A stretch of 64,000 bases of DNA from NCBI GenBank assembly GCA_964016885.1, contig CAXHJY010001477.1:558001-622000 (forward strand), written 5' to 3'. The position numbers were made by a program, and so were the translations under genes. The notes under the pieces were generated by a model. That model had not been told where the DNA came from and made no database searches. It worked only from the letters and a program-made list of their open reading frames with translations. The DNA is from Eledone cirrhosa (Eukaryota). Positions within the stretch are counted from its first letter, which is position 1. Each line of letters opens with the position of its first letter. Shown piece after piece: positions 20,801-35,800 of the stretch.

Positions 20801-23800
20801 TAAAAAAAGGGTGTTACCCAGACTTAGACAAGGGTGTTGCCCAGACTTAGACAAGGGAGTTGCCCAGACTTAGACAAGGCAGTTGTCCAGACTTAAACAA
20901 GAGTGTTGTCCAGACTTAGACAAGGGATTTGCCCAGACTTTGACAAGGGAGTTACCCATACTTAGACAAGGGGGTTGCCCAGATTAGAAAAGGGTGTGGT
21001 CCAGACTTCGACAAGGGGGTTACCCAGACATAGACAAGGGTGTTGTCCAGACTTAGACAAGGGTGTTGTCCAGACTTAGACAAGGGAGTTGCTCAGACTT
21101 AGACAGGGGAGTTGCCCAAACTTAGACAAGGGTGTTGTCCAGACTTAGACAAGGGTGTTGTCCAGACTTAGACAAGGGTGTTGTCCAAACTTAGACAAGG
21201 GTGTTGTCCAGACTTAGACAAGGGAGTTGACCAGACTTAAACAAGGGAGTTGCCCAGACTTAGACAAGCCAGTTGTCCAGACGTAGACAAGGGAGTTACC
21301 CAGACTTAGACAAGGGAGTTACCCAGAATTAGACAAGGGAGTTGTCCAGACTTAGACAAGGGAGTTGTCCAGACTTAGACAAGGGAGTTACCCAGATGTA
21401 GACAAGGGAGTTGCCCAGACTTAGACAAGGGAGTTGCCCAGATCTAGACAAGGGAGTTGTCCAGACTTAGACAAGGGAGTTGCCCACACTTAGACAAGGG
21501 AGTTACTCAGACTTAGACAAAGGAGTGTAGGTGTAAATATTTGACAAGGGAGTTGCCCAGATTGAACAAGGGAGTTCCCAGACTTAGACAAGGGAGTTGT
21601 CCAGAATTAGACAAGGGAGTTACCCAGAATTAGACAAGGGAGTTGCCCAGACTGAGACAAGGCAGTTGTCCAAACTTAAACAAAAGTGTTGCCCAGACAT
21701 AGACAAGGGAGTTGTCCAGACTTAGACAAGGGAGTTGTCCAGAATTAGACAAGGGAGTTACCCAGACTTAGACAAGGGAGTTGCCAAGACTAAGACAAGG
21801 CAGTTGTCCAAACTTAATCAAAAGTGTTGCCCAGACATAGACAAGGGAGTTGTCCAGACTTAGACAAGGGATTTTCCCAGACTTAGACTAGGGAGTTGTC
21901 CAGATTAGAAAAGGGTGTGGTCCAGACTTAGACAAGAAGTTGCCCAGACTTAGACAAGGGAGTTGCCCAGACTTAGACAAGAGTGTTGTCCTGACTTAGA
22001 CAAGGGAGTTGCCCAGACTTAGACAAGGGTGTTGTCCAGACTTAGACAAGGGTGTTGTCCAGACTTAGACAAGGGAGTTGACCAGACTTAAACAGGGGAG
22101 TTGCCCAGACTTAGACAAGCCAGTTGTCCAGACGTAGACAAGGTAGTTGCCCAGACTTAGACAAGGGAGTTGTCAAGACTTAGACAAGGGAGTTACCCAG
22201 ACATAGACAAGGGAGTTGTCCAGACTTAGACCACAGTGTTGCCCAGACCTAGACAAGGCAGTTGTACAGACTTAGACAAGGGAGTTGCCCAGACGTAGAC
22301 AGGGGAATTGCCCAGACTTTCACAAGGGAGTTGCCCAGACATAGACAAGGGAGTTGCCCAGACTTAGACAAGGGAGTTGTCCAGACTTAGACAAGGGTGT
22401 TGTCCAGATTTAGACAAGGGTGTTGTCCAGACTTCGACAAGGGTGTTGTCCAGACTTAGACGAGGGTGTTGCCCAGACTTAGACAAGGGAGTTGTCCAGA
22501 CTTAGACAAGGGAGTTGTCCAGACTTAGACAAGGGTGTTGCCCAGACTTAGACAAAGGAGTTGCCCAGACTTAGACAAGGCAGATTCCCAGACTTAGACA
22601 AACCAGTGGTCCAGACTTAAACAAGAGTGTTGCCAAAATTAGACAAGGCTGTTACTCAGACTTAGACAAGGGTGTTGTCCAGACTTAGACAAGGGTGTTG
22701 TCCAGACTTAAATAAGGCAGTTGGCCAGACTTAGACAACGGTGTTGTCCAGACTTAGACAAGGGTGTTGTCCAGACTTAGACAACGGTGTTGTCCAGACT
22801 TAGACAAGGGTGTTGTCCAGACTTAGACAAGGGAGTTGCCCAGACTTAGACAAGGGTGTTGTCCAGACTTAGACAAGGGTGTTGTCCAGACTTAGACAAG
22901 AGTTTTCCCCAGACTTCGACAAGGGAGTTGTCCAGACTTAGACAAGGGAGTTGCCCAGACTTAGACAAGGGAGTTGCCAAGACTGAGACAAGGCAGTTGT
23001 CCAAACTTAAACAAAAGTGTTGCCCAGACATAGACAAGGGAGTTGTCCAGACTTAGACAAGGGATTTTCCCAGACTTAGACTAGGGAGTTGCCCAGACTT
23101 AGACAAGAAGTTGCCCAGACTTAGACAAGGGAGTTGCCCAGACTTAGACAAGAGTGTTGTCCAGACTTAGACAAGGGAGTTGCCCAGACTTAGACAAGGG
23201 TGTTGTCCAGACTTAGACAAGGGTGTTGTCCAGACTTAGACAAGGGAGTTACCCAGAATTAGACAAGGGAGTTGTCCAGACTTAGACAAGGGAGTTGTCC
23301 AGACTTAGACAAGGGAGTTACCCAGATGTAGACAAGGGAGTTGCCCAGACTTAGACAAGGGAGTTGCCCAATTCTAGACAAGGGAGTTGTCCAGACTTAG
23401 ACAAGGGAGTTGCCCACACTTAGACAAGGGAGTTACTCAGACTTGGACAAAGGAGTGTCGTGTAAATATTTGACAAGGGAGTTGCCCAGATTGAACAAGG
23501 GAGTTCCCAGACTTAGACAAGGGAGTTGCCCAGACTGAGACAAGGCAGTTATCCAAACTTAAACAAAAGTGTTGCCCAGACATAGACAAGGGAGTTGTCC
23601 AGACTTAGACAAGGGAGTTGTCCAGAATTAGACAAGGGAGTTACCCAGACTTAGACAAGGGAGTTGCCAAGACTTAGACAAGGGAGTTGCCCAGACTTAG
23701 ACAAGAGTGTTGTCCAGACTTAGACAAGGGAGTTGCCCAGACTTAGACAAGGGTGTTGTCCAGACTTAGACAAGGGTGTTGTCCAGACTTAGACAAGGGA

Positions 23801-26800
23801 GTTGACCAGACTTAAACAAGGGAGTTGCCCAGACTTAGACAAGCCAGTTGTCCAGACGTAGACAAGGTAGTTGCCAAGACTTAGACAAGGGAGTTGTCAA
23901 GACTTAGACAAGGGAGTCACCCAGACATAGACAAGGGAGTTGTCCAGACTTAGACAAGAATGTTGCCCAGACCTAGACAAGGCAGTTGTACAGACTTAGA
24001 CAAGGGAGTTGCCCAGACGTACACAGGGGAATTGCCCAGACTTTCACAAGGGAGTTGCCCAGACGTAGACAAGGGAGTTGCCCAGACTTAGACAAGGGAG
24101 TTGTCCAGACTTAGACAAGGGTGTTGTCCAGATTTAGACAAGGGTGTTGTCCAGACTTCGACAAGGGTGTTGTCCAGACTTAGACGAGGGTGTTGCCCAG
24201 ACTTAGACAAGTGAGTATAGGTGTAAATATTAGACAAGGGAGTTGCCCAGACTTAGACAAGGGAGTTGTCCAGACTTAGACAAGGGAGTTGTCCAGACTT
24301 AGACAAGGGTGTTGCCCAGACTTAGACAAGGCTGTTACTCAGACTTAGACAAGGGTGTTGTCCAGACTTAGACAAGGGTGTTGTCCAGACTTAGATAAGG
24401 CAGTTGGCCAGACTTAGACAACGGTGTTGTCCAGACTTAGACAAGGGTGTTCCCCAGACTTCGACAAGGGAGTTGTCCAGACTTAGACAAGGGAGTTGCC
24501 CAGACTTAGACAAGGCAGTTGTCCAGACGTAGACAAGTGTGTTGCCCAGACTTAGACAAGGGAGTTGTCAAGACTTAGACAAGGGAGTTGCTCAGACTTA
24601 GACAAGGGAGTTGTCCAGACTTAGACAAGGGAGTTGTCCAGACTTAGACAAGGGAGTTGCGCAGACTTAGACAAGGGAGTATAGGTGTAAATATTAGACA
24701 AGGGAGTTGCCCAGACTTAGACAAGGGAGTTGTCCAGACTTAGACAAGGGTGTTGCCCGGACTTAGACAAGGGAGTATAGGTGTAAATATTAGACAAGGG
24801 AGTTGCCCAGACTTAGACAAGGGAGTTGTCCAGACTTAGACAAGGGAGTTGCGCAGACTTGGACAAGGGAGTTACCCAGATGTAGACAAGGGAGTTGCCT
24901 AGACTTAGACAAGGGAGTTGCCCAGATCTAGACAAGGGAGTTGCCCACACTTAGACAAGTGTGTTGTCCAGACTTAGACAAGTGAGCTGTCCAGACTTAG
25001 ACAAGGGAGTTGTCCAGACATAGACAAGGAATTGTCCAGACTTAGACAAGGGAGTTGTCCAGACTTAGACAAGGGAGTTGTCCAGAATTAGACAAGGGAG
25101 TTACCCAGACTTAGACAAGGGAGTTGCCAAGACTAAGACAAGGCAGTTGTCCAAACTTAATCAAAAGTGTTGCCCAGACATAGACAAGGGAGTTGTCCAG
25201 ACTTAGACAAGGGATTTTCCCAGACTTAGACTAGGGAGTTGCCCAGACTTAGACAAGAGTGTTGTCCAGACTTAGACAAGGGAGTTGCCCAGACTTAGAC
25301 AACGGTGTTGTCCAGACTTAGAAAAGGGAGTTGCCCAGACTTAGACAAGGGAGTTGACCAGACTTAGAAAGGGGAGTTGCCCAGACTTAAACAAGGAAGT
25401 TGTGCAGACTTAGACAAGGCAGTTGTCCAGGCTTTGACAAGGGATTTGCCCAGATTTAGACAAGGGAGTTGTCCAGACTTAGACAAGGGAGTTGACCAGA
25501 CTTAGACAAGGCTGTTGTCCAGACTTAGACAAGAGAGTTGCCCATACTTAGACAAGGGAGTTGCCCAGACTTAAACAAGGGATTTGTCCAGACTTGGACA
25601 AGGGATTTGCCCAGACCTAGACAAGGGAGTTGCCCAGACTTAGACAAGGGAGTTGTCCAGACTTAGACAAGGGAGTTACCCAGACTTAGAAAAGGGAATT
25701 ACCAAAACTTAGACAAGGGTGTTGTCCAGGCTTAGACAAGTGTCTTGCTCAGGCTTAGACAACGGAGTTGCCCAGACTTAGACAAAAGAGTTCCCAGACT
25801 TAGACAAGGAAGTTACCCAGACTTAGACTAGGAAGTTACCCAGACTTAGACAAGGAAGTTACCCAGACTTAGACAAGGGTGTTGTCCAGACTTAGACAAG
25901 GGAGTTATCCAGACCTAGTCAAGGGAGTTACCCAGACTTAGACTAGGGAGATGCCCAGACTCAGACAAGGGTGTTGTCCAGACTTAGATAAGGGAGTTGC
26001 CCAGACTTAGACAAGGGTGTTGTCCAGACTTAGACAAGGGAGTTGTCCAGACTTAGAAAAGGGAGTTGCCCAGACTTAGATAAGGGAGTTGCCCAGAATT
26101 AGACAAGGAAGTTGCCCAGACTTAGACAAGAAAGTTGCCCAGGCTTAGACAAGGGAGTTGCCCAGACTTAGAAAAGGGAATCGTCCAGACTTAGATAAGG
26201 GGGTTACCCAGACTTAGACGAGGGTGTTGTCCAGACTTAGCCAAGGGTGTTGTCCAAATTTAGACAAGGGATTTACCAAGAATTAGACAAGGGAGTTGCC
26301 CAGACATAGAGAAGGTAGTTGTACATACTTAAGAAAGGGAGTTGCCCAGACTTAGACAAGGGAGTTGCCCAGACTTAGACAGGGAAGTTACCCAGACTTC
26401 GACAAGCGAGTTGTCCAGACTTAGATAAGGGAGTTGCGCATACCTAGACAAGGGAGTTGCCCAGACTTAGACAAGGGAGTTCACAGACTTAGACAAGGGA
26501 GTTGTCCAGACTTAGACAAGGGAGTTGTCCAGACTTAGAAAAGGGAGTTGCCCAGACTTAGATAAGGGAGTTGCCCAGACTTACACAAGGGTGTTGTCCA
26601 GACTTAGAAAAGGGAGTTGCCCAGACTTAGACAAGGGAGTTGTCCAGACTTAGACAAGGGAGTTGACCAGACTTAGACAAGGCAGTCCTCCAGACTTAGA
26701 CAAGAGAGTTGCCCGGACTTAGACAAGGGAGTTACCCAAACTTAGACAAAGTTGTTGTCCAGATTTAGACAACTGTCTTGCTCAGACTTAGACAACGGAG

Positions 26801-29800
26801 ATGCCGAGACTTAGACAAGGGAGTTCCCAGACTTAGACAAGGGAGTTCCCAGACTTAGACAAGGAAGTTACCCAGATTTAGACAAGGAAGTTACCCAGAC
26901 TTAGACAAGGGTGTTGTCCAGACTTAGACAAGAGTTACCCAGACTTAGACAATGGAGTTGTCCAGAATTATATAAGGGAGTTATCCAGACCTAGTCAAGG
27001 GAGGTAGCCTACTCTTAGACAAGGGAGTTGCCCAGACTTAGAGAAGGGTGTTGTCCAGACTTACATAAAGGAGTTGCCCAGACTTAGACAAGGGTGTTGT
27101 CCAGACTTAGACAAGGGAGTTGCCCAGACTTAGATGAAGGAGTTGCCTAGACTTAGACAAGGGTGTTGTCCAGACTTAGACAACGGTGTTGTCCAGACTT
27201 AGAAGAGGGAGTTGCCCAGACTTAGACAAGGGAGTTGCCCAGAGTTAGACAAGGAGGTTGCCCAGACTTAGACAAAGAAGTTGCCCAGACTTAGACAAGG
27301 GAGTTGCCCAGACTTAGAAATGGGAATAGTCCAGACTTAGATAAGGGGGTTACCCAGGCTTAGACAAGGGTGTTGTCCAGACTTAACCAAGAGTGTTGTC
27401 GAAATTTAGACAAGGGATTTACCAAGAATTAGACAAGGGAGTTGCCCAGACTTAGACAACGGTGTTTTCCAGACTTAGAAAAGGGAGTTGCCCAGACTTA
27501 GACAAGGGAGTTGCCCAGACTTAGAAAGGGGAGTTGCCCAGACTTAAACAAGGAAGTTGTCCAGACTTAGACAAGTTAGTTGTCCAGACTTTGACAAGGG
27601 AGTTGACCAGACTTAGACAAGGCTGTTGTCCAGACTTAGACAAGAGAGTTGCCCATACTTAGACAAGGGAGTTGCCCAGACTTGGACAAGGGATTTGCCC
27701 AGACCTAGACAAGGGAGTTGCCAAGACTTAGACAAGGGAGTTGTCCAGACTTAGACAAGGGAGTTACCCAGACTTAGAAAAGGGAATTACCCAAACTTAG
27801 ACAAGGGTGTTGTCCAGACTTAGACAAGTGTCTTGCTCAGACTTAGACAACGGAGTTGCCCAGACTTAGACAAGGGAGTTCCCAGACTTAGATAAGGAAG
27901 TTACCCAGACTTAGACAAGGAAGTTACCCAGACTTAGACAAGGAGATTACCCAGACTTAGACAAGGGTGTTGTCCAGACTTAGACAAGGGAGTTACCCAG
28001 ACCTAGACAATGAAGTTGTCCAGAATTATACAAGGGAGTTATCCAGACCTAGTCAAGGGAGTTACCCAGACTTAGACTAGGGAGATGCCCAAACTCAGAC
28101 AAGGGTGTTGTACAGACTTAGATAAGGGAGTTGCCCAGACTTAGACAAGGGTGTTGTCCAGACTTAGACAAGGGAGTTGTCCAGACTTAGAAAAGAGTTG
28201 CCCAGACTTAGATAAGGGAGTTGCCCAGATATAGACAAGGGTGTTGTCCAGACTTAAAGAGGGAGTTGCCCAGACTTAGACAAGGGAGTTGCCCAGAGTT
28301 AGACAAGGAAGTTGCCCAGAATTAGACAAGAAAGTTGCCCAGGCTTAGACAAAGGAGTTGCCCAGACTTAGAAAAGGGAATCGTCCAGACTTAGATAAGG
28401 GGGTTACCCAGATTTAGACGAGGGTGTTGTCCAGACTTAGCCAAGGGTGTTGTCCAAATTTAGACAAGGGATTTACCAAGAATTAGACAAGGGAGTTGCC
28501 CAGACCATAGAGAACGTAGTTGTACAGACTTCGACAAGGAAGTTACCCAGACTTCGACAAGGGAGATGCCCAGACTTAGACAAGGAAGTTACCCAGACTT
28601 CGACAAGGGAGTTGTCCAGACTTAGATAAGGGATTTGCGCATACCTAGACAAGGGAGTTGCCCAGATTTAGACAAGGGAGTTGTCGAGACTTAGACAAGG
28701 GAGTTGACCAGACTTAGACAAGGCTGTTGTCCAGACTTAGACAAGAGAGTTGCCCATACTTAGACAAGGGAGTTGCCCAGACTTAAACAAGGGATTTGTC
28801 CAGACTTGGACAAGGGATTTGCCGAGACCTAGACAAGGGAGTTGCCCAGACTTAGACAAGGGAGTTGTCCAGACTTAGACAAGGGAGTTACCCAGACTTA
28901 GAAAAGGGAATTACCAAAACTTAGACAAGGGTGTTGTCCAGACTTAGACTAGTGTCTTGCTCAGGCTTAGACAACGGAGTTGCCCAGACTTAGACAAGGG
29001 AGTTCCCAGACTTAGACAAGGAAGTTACCCAGACTTAGACTAGGAAGTTACCCAGACTTAGACAAGGAAGTTACCCAGACTTAGACAAGGGTGTTGTCCA
29101 GACTTAGACAAGGGAGTTATCCAGACCTAGTCAAGGGAGTTACCCAGACTTAGACTAGGGAGATGCCCAGACTCAGACAAGGGTGTTGTCCAGACTTAGA
29201 TAAGGGAGTTGCCCAGACTTAGACAAGGGTGTTGTCCAGACTTAGACAAGGGAGTTGTCCAGACTTAGAAAAGGGAGTTGCCCAGACTTAGATAAGGGAG
29301 TTGCCCAGACTTAGACAAGGGTGTTGTCCAGACTTAAAGAGGGAGTTGCCCAGACTTAGACAAGGGAGTTGCCCAGAATTAGACAAGGAAGTTGCCCAGA
29401 CTTAGACCAGAAAGTTGCCCAGGCTTAGACAAGGGAGTTGCCCAGACTTAGAAAAGGGAATCGTCCAGACTTAGATAAGGGGGTTACCCAGACTTAGACG
29501 AGGGTGTTGTCCAGACTTAGCCAAGGGTGTTGTCCAAATTTAGACAAGGGATTTACCAAGAATTAGACAAGGGAGTTGCCCAGACATAGAGAAGGTAGTT
29601 GTACATACTTAAGAAAGGGAGTTGCCCAGACTTAGACAAGGGAGTTGCCCAGACTTAGACAGGGAAGTTACCCAGACTTCGACAAGCGAGTTGTCCAGAC
29701 TTAGATAAGGGAGTTGCGCATACCTAGACAAGGGAGTTGCCCAGACTTAGACAAGGGAGTTCACAGACTTAGACAAGGGAGTTGTCCAGACTTAGACAAG

Positions 29801-32800
29801 GGAGTTGTCCAGACTTAGAAAAGGGAGTTGCCCAGACTTAGATAAGGGAGTTGCCCAGACTTACACAAGGGTGTTGTCCAGACTTAGAAAAGGGAGTTGC
29901 CCAGACTTAGACAAGGGAGTTGTCCAGACTTAGACAAGGGAGTTGACCAGACTTAGACAAGGCAGTTCTCCAGACATAGACAAGAGAGTTGCCCGGACTT
30001 AGACAAGGGAGTTACCCAAACTTAGACAAAGTTGTTGTCCAGACTTAGACAACTGTCTTGCTCAGACTTAGACAACGGAGATGCCGAGACTTAGACAAGG
30101 GAGTTCCCAGACTTAGACAAGGAAGTTACCCAGATTTAGACAAGGAAGTTACCCAGACTTAGACAAGGGTGTTGTCCAGACTTAGACAAGAGAGTTACCC
30201 AGACTTAGACAATGGAGTTTTCCAGAATTATATAAGGGAGTTATCCAGACCTAGTCAAGGGAGGTAGCCTACTCTTAGACAAGGGAGTCGCCCAGACTTA
30301 GAGAAGGGTGTTGTCCAGACTTACATAAAGGAGTTGCCCAGACTTAGACAAGGGTGTTGTCCAGACTTAGACAAGGGAGTTGCCCAGACTTAGATGAAGG
30401 AGTTGCCTAGACTTAGACAAGGGTGTTGTCCAGACTTAGACAACAGTGTTGTCCAGACTTAGAAGAGGGAGTTGCCCAGACTTAGACAAGGCAGTTGCCC
30501 AGAGTTAGACAAGGAGGTTGCCCAGACTTAGACAAAGAAGTTGCCCAGACTTAGACAAGGGAGTTGCCCAGACTTAGAAATGGGAATAGTCCAGACTTAG
30601 ATAAGGGGGTTACCCAGGCTTAGACAAGGGTGTTGTCCAGACTTAACCAAGAGTGTTGTCGAAATTTAGACAAGGGATTTACCAAGAATTAGACAAGGGA
30701 GTTGCCCAGACTTAGACAACGGTGTTGTCCAGACTTAGAAAAGGGAGTTGCCCAGACTTAGACAAGGGAGTTGCCCAGACTTAGAAAGGGGAGTTGCCCA
30801 GACTTAAACAAGGAAGTTGTCCAGACTTAGACAAGTTAGTTGTCCAGACTTTGACAAGGGATTTGCCCAGATTTAGACAAGGGAGTTGTCCAGACTTAGA
30901 CAAGGGAGTTGACCAGACTTAGACAAGGCTGTTGTCCAGACTTAGACAAGAGAGTTGCCCATACTTAGACAAGGGAGTTGCCCAGACTTAAACAAGGGAT
31001 TTGTCCAGACTTGGACAAGGGATTTGCCCAGACCTAGACAAGGGAGTTGCCAAGACTTAGACAAGGGAGTTGTCCAGACTTAGACAAGGGAGTTACCCAG
31101 ACTTAGAAAAGGGAATTACCCAAACTTAGACAAGGCTGTTGTCCAGACTTAGACAAGTGTCTTGCTCTGACTTAGACAACGGAGTTGCCCAGACTTAGAC
31201 AAGGGAGATGCCCAGACTCAGACAAGGGTGTTGTCCAGACTTAGATAAGGGAGTTGCCCAGACTTAGATAAGGGAGTTGCCCAGACTTAGACAAGGGTGT
31301 TGTCCAGACTTAGACAAGGGAGTTGTCCAGACTTAGAAAAGAGAGTTGCCCAGACATAGATAAGGGAGTTGCCCAGACATAGACAAGGGTGTTGTCCAGA
31401 CTTAAAGAGGGAGTTGCCCAGACTTAGACAAGGGAGTTGCCCAGAGTTAGACAAGGAAGTTGCCAAGACTTAGACAAGAAAGTTGCCCAGGCTTAGACAA
31501 GGGAGTTGCCCAGACTTAGAAAAGGGAATCGTCCAGACTTAGATAAGGGGGTTACCCAGATTTAGACGAGGGTGTTGTCCACACTTAGCCAAGGGTGTTG
31601 TCCAAATTTAGACAAGGGATTTACCAAGAATTAGACAAGGGAGTTGCCCAGACATAGAGAACGTAGTTGTACAGACTTCGACAAGGAAGTTACCCAGACT
31701 TCGACAAGGGAGTTGCCCAGACTTAGACAAGGAAGTTACCCAGACTTCGACAAGAGAGTTGTCCAGACTTAGATAAGGAAGTTGCGCATACCTAGACAAG
31801 GGAGTTGCCCAGACTTAGACAAGGGAGTTCACAGACTTAGACAAGGGTGTTGTCCAGACTTAGACAAAGGAGTTGTCCAAATTTAGACAAGGGATTTACC
31901 AAGAATTAGACAAGGGAGTTGCCCAGACATAGAGAACGTAGTTGTCCAGACTTAGAAAAGGGAGTTGCCCAGACTTAGATAAGGGAGTTGCCCAGACTTA
32001 CACAAGGGTGTTGTCCAGACTTACACAAGGGTGTTGTCCAGACTTAGAAAAGGGAGTTGCCCAGACTTAGACAAGGGAGTTGCCCAGACTTAGACAAGGA
32101 AGTTGCCCAGACTTAGACAAGCGAGTTGCCCAGACTTAGACAAGCGAGTTGCCCAGACTTAGAAAAGGGAGTTGTCCAGACTTAGACAAGGGAGTTGACC
32201 AGACTTAGACAAGGGAGTTGCCCAGACTTAGACAAGGAAGTTACCCAGACTTAGACAAGGGAGTTGTCCAGACTTAGACAAGGGAGTTGTCCAGACTTAG
32301 ACAAGGGAGTTGACCAGACTTATACAAGGGAGATGCCCAGACTTAGACAAGGGTGTTATCCAGACTTAGACAAGGGAGTTACCCAGACTTAGGCAAGCGT
32401 GCTGTCCAGAATTAGACAAGGGAGTAGCCCAGACTTAGACAAGGGAGTTGCCCAGACTTAGACAAGGGATTTACCAAGAATTAGAAAAGGGAGTTGCACA
32501 GACTTACATAAGGGAGTTGCCCAGACTTAGACAAGGGAGTTACCCAGACTTACACAAGGGAGTTACCCAGACTTAGACAAGCGAGTTGCCCAGACTTAGA
32601 CAAGGGAGTTACCCAGACTTAGACAAGGAACTTACCCAGAATTAGACAAGGGAGTTGCCCAGACTTAGACAAGGGTGCTGTCCAGACTTAGACAAGGGTG
32701 TTGTCCAGACTTAGACAAGGCAGTTGTGCAGACTTAGACAAGGGAGTTGTCAAGACTTAGACATGGAAGTTGCCCAGATTTAGACAAGAGTGTTACTCAG

Positions 32801-35800
32801 ACTTAGACAAGGGTGTTGTCCAGACTTAGACAAGGCTGTTGTCTAGACTTAGACAAGGGAGTTGCCCAGACTTAGACAAGGCAGTTGTCCAGACATAGAG
32901 AAAAGATTTGCCCCAACTTAGACAAGGGAGTTGTCCAGACTTAGACAAGGGAGTTGACCAGACTTAGACAAGGCAGTTGTCCGGACTTAGACAAGAGAGT
33001 TGCCCAGACTTAGACAAGGGAGTTGCCCAGACTTAGACAAGGGAGTTGTCCAGACTTAGACAAGGGAGTTACCCAGACTTAGAAAAGGGAATAGTCCAGA
33101 CTTAGATAAGGGGGTTACCCAGGCTTAGACAAGGGTGTTGTCCAGACTTAAACAAGTGTTGCCCAGACTTAGACAATGGTGTAACTCAGACTTAGACACG
33201 GGTGTTGTCCATACTTAGACAAGGGAGTTGTCCAGACGTAGACAAGGGAGTTGTCCAGACTTAGACAAGGGAGTTGCCCAGACTTAGAAAAGGGAATAGT
33301 CCAGACTTAGATAAGGGGGTTACCCAGGCTTAGACAAGGGTGTTGTCCAGACTTATCCAAGAGTGTTGTCCAAATTTAGACAAGGGATTTACCAAGAATT
33401 AGACAACGGGGTTGCCCAGACTTAGACAACGGTATTGTCCAGACTTAGACAACGGTGTTGTCCAGACTTAGAAAAGGGTGTTGTCCAGACTTAGACAAGG
33501 GTGTTGACCAGACTTATACAAGGGAGATGCCCAGACTTAGACAAGGGTGTTATCCAGACTTAGACAAGGGAGTTACCCAGGCTTAGGCAAGGGTGTTGTC
33601 CAGAATTAGACAAGGGAGTAGCCGAGACTTAGACAAGGGAGTTGCCCAGACTTAGACAATGGAGTTACCCAGACTTAGACAAGAGTGTTGCCCAGACTTA
33701 GACAATGGAGTTGCCCAGACTTAGACAAGGAAGTTGTCCAGACTTGGACAAGGGATTTGCCCAGACTTAGACAATGGAGTTGCCCAGACTTAGACAAGGG
33801 AGTTGTCCAGACTTAGACAAGGGAGTTACCCAGACTTAGAAAAGGAAGTTACCAGACTTAGACAATGGTGTTGTCCAGACTTAGACAAGGGAGTTGCCGA
33901 GACTTAGAAAAGGGTTTTGTCCAGACTTCGACAAGGGTGTTGTCCAGACTTAGACAAGGGTTTTGTTCAGACTTAGACAAGAGTGTTGTTCAGACTTAGA
34001 CAAGGGTGTTATCCAGACTTAGACAAGGGAGTTGCTCAGACTTAGACAAGGCCGTTGTCCAGACTTAAACAAGTGTTGCCCAGACATAGACAATGGTGTA
34101 ACTCAGACTTAGACATGGGTGTTGTCCATACTTAGACAAGGGAGTTGTCCAGACGTAGACAAGGGAGTTGTCCAGACTTAGACAAGGGAGTTGCCCAGAC
34201 TTAGAAAAGGGAATAGTCCAGACTTAGATAAGGGGGTTACCCAGGCTTAGACAAGGGTGTTGTCCAGACTTTTCCAAGAGTGTTGTCCAAATTTAGACAA
34301 GGGATTTACCAAGAATTAGACAAGGGAGTTGCCCAGACTTAGACAAGGGAGTTGTCCAGACTTAGACAAGGGAGTTGTCCAGACTTAGACAAGTGAGTTG
34401 TCCAGACTTAGACAAGGGTGTTGACCAGACTTATACAAGGGAGATGCCCAGAATTAGACAAGGGTGTTATCCAGACTTAGACAAGGGAGTTACCCAGACT
34501 TAGGCAAGGGTGTTGTCCAGAATTAGACAAGGGAGTAGCCGAGACTTAGACAAGGGAGTTGCCCAGACTTAGACAAGGGAGTTACCCAGACTTAGACAAG
34601 GGAGTTACCCAGAATTAGACAAGGGAGTTGCCCAGACTTAGACAAGGGTGTTGTCCAGACTTAGACAAGGGTGTTGTCCAGACTTAGACAAGGCAGTTGT
34701 GCAGACTTACACAAGGGAGTTGCCCAGACTTAGACAAGGGAGCTACCCAGACTTAGACAAGGGAGCTACCCAGACTTAGACAAGGGAGTTACCCAGACTT
34801 AGACAAGGGAGTTGACCAGACTTAGACAAGGCAGTTGTCCAGACTTAGACAAGAGAGTTGCCCAGACTTAGACAATGGTGTAACTCAGACTTAGACAAGG
34901 GTGTTGTCCATACTTAGACAAGGGAGTTGTCCATACTTAGACAAGGGAGTTGTCCAGACTTAGACAAGGGAGTTGTCCAGACTTAGAAAAGGGAGTTGCC
35001 CAGACTTAGATAAGGGAGTTGCCCTGACTTAGACAAGGGTGTTGTCCAGACTTAAAGAGGGAGTTGCCCAGACTTAGACAAGGAAGTTGTCCAGACTTAG
35101 ACAAGGGAGTTGACCAGACTTAGACAAGGCAGTTGTCCGGACTTAGACAAGAGAGTTGCCCAGACTTAGACAAGGGAGTTGCCCAGACTTAGACAAGAGA
35201 GTTGTCCAGACTTGGACAAGGGATTTGCCCAGACTTAGACAATGGAGTTGCCCAGACTTAGACAAGGGAGTTGTCCAGACTTAGACAAGGGAGTTGCCCA
35301 GACTTAGAAAGGGGAGTTGCCCAGACTTAAACAAGGAAGTTGTCCAGACCTAGACAAGGCAGTTGTCCAGACTTTGACAAGGGATTTCCCCAGATTTAGA
35401 CAAGCGAGTTGCCCAGACTTAGACAATGGTGTAACTCAGACTTAGACACGGGTGTTGTCCATACTTAGACAAGGGAGTTGTCCAGACGTAGACAAGGGAG
35501 TTGTCCAGACTTAGACAATGGAGTTGTCCAGACTTAGACAAGGGAGTTGACCAGACTTAGACAAGGGAGTTGACCAGACTTAGACAAGGGAGTTGCCCAG
35601 ACTTAGACAAGGGAGTTGCCCAGACTTAGAAAGGGGAGTTGCCCAGGCTTAAACAAGGAAGTTGTCCAGACCTAGACAAGGCAGTTGTCCAGACTTTGAC
35701 AAGGGATTTGCCCAGATTTAGATAAGCGAGTTGCCCAGACTTAGACAATGGTGTAACTCAGACTTAGACACGGGTGTTGTCCATACTTAGACAAGGGAGT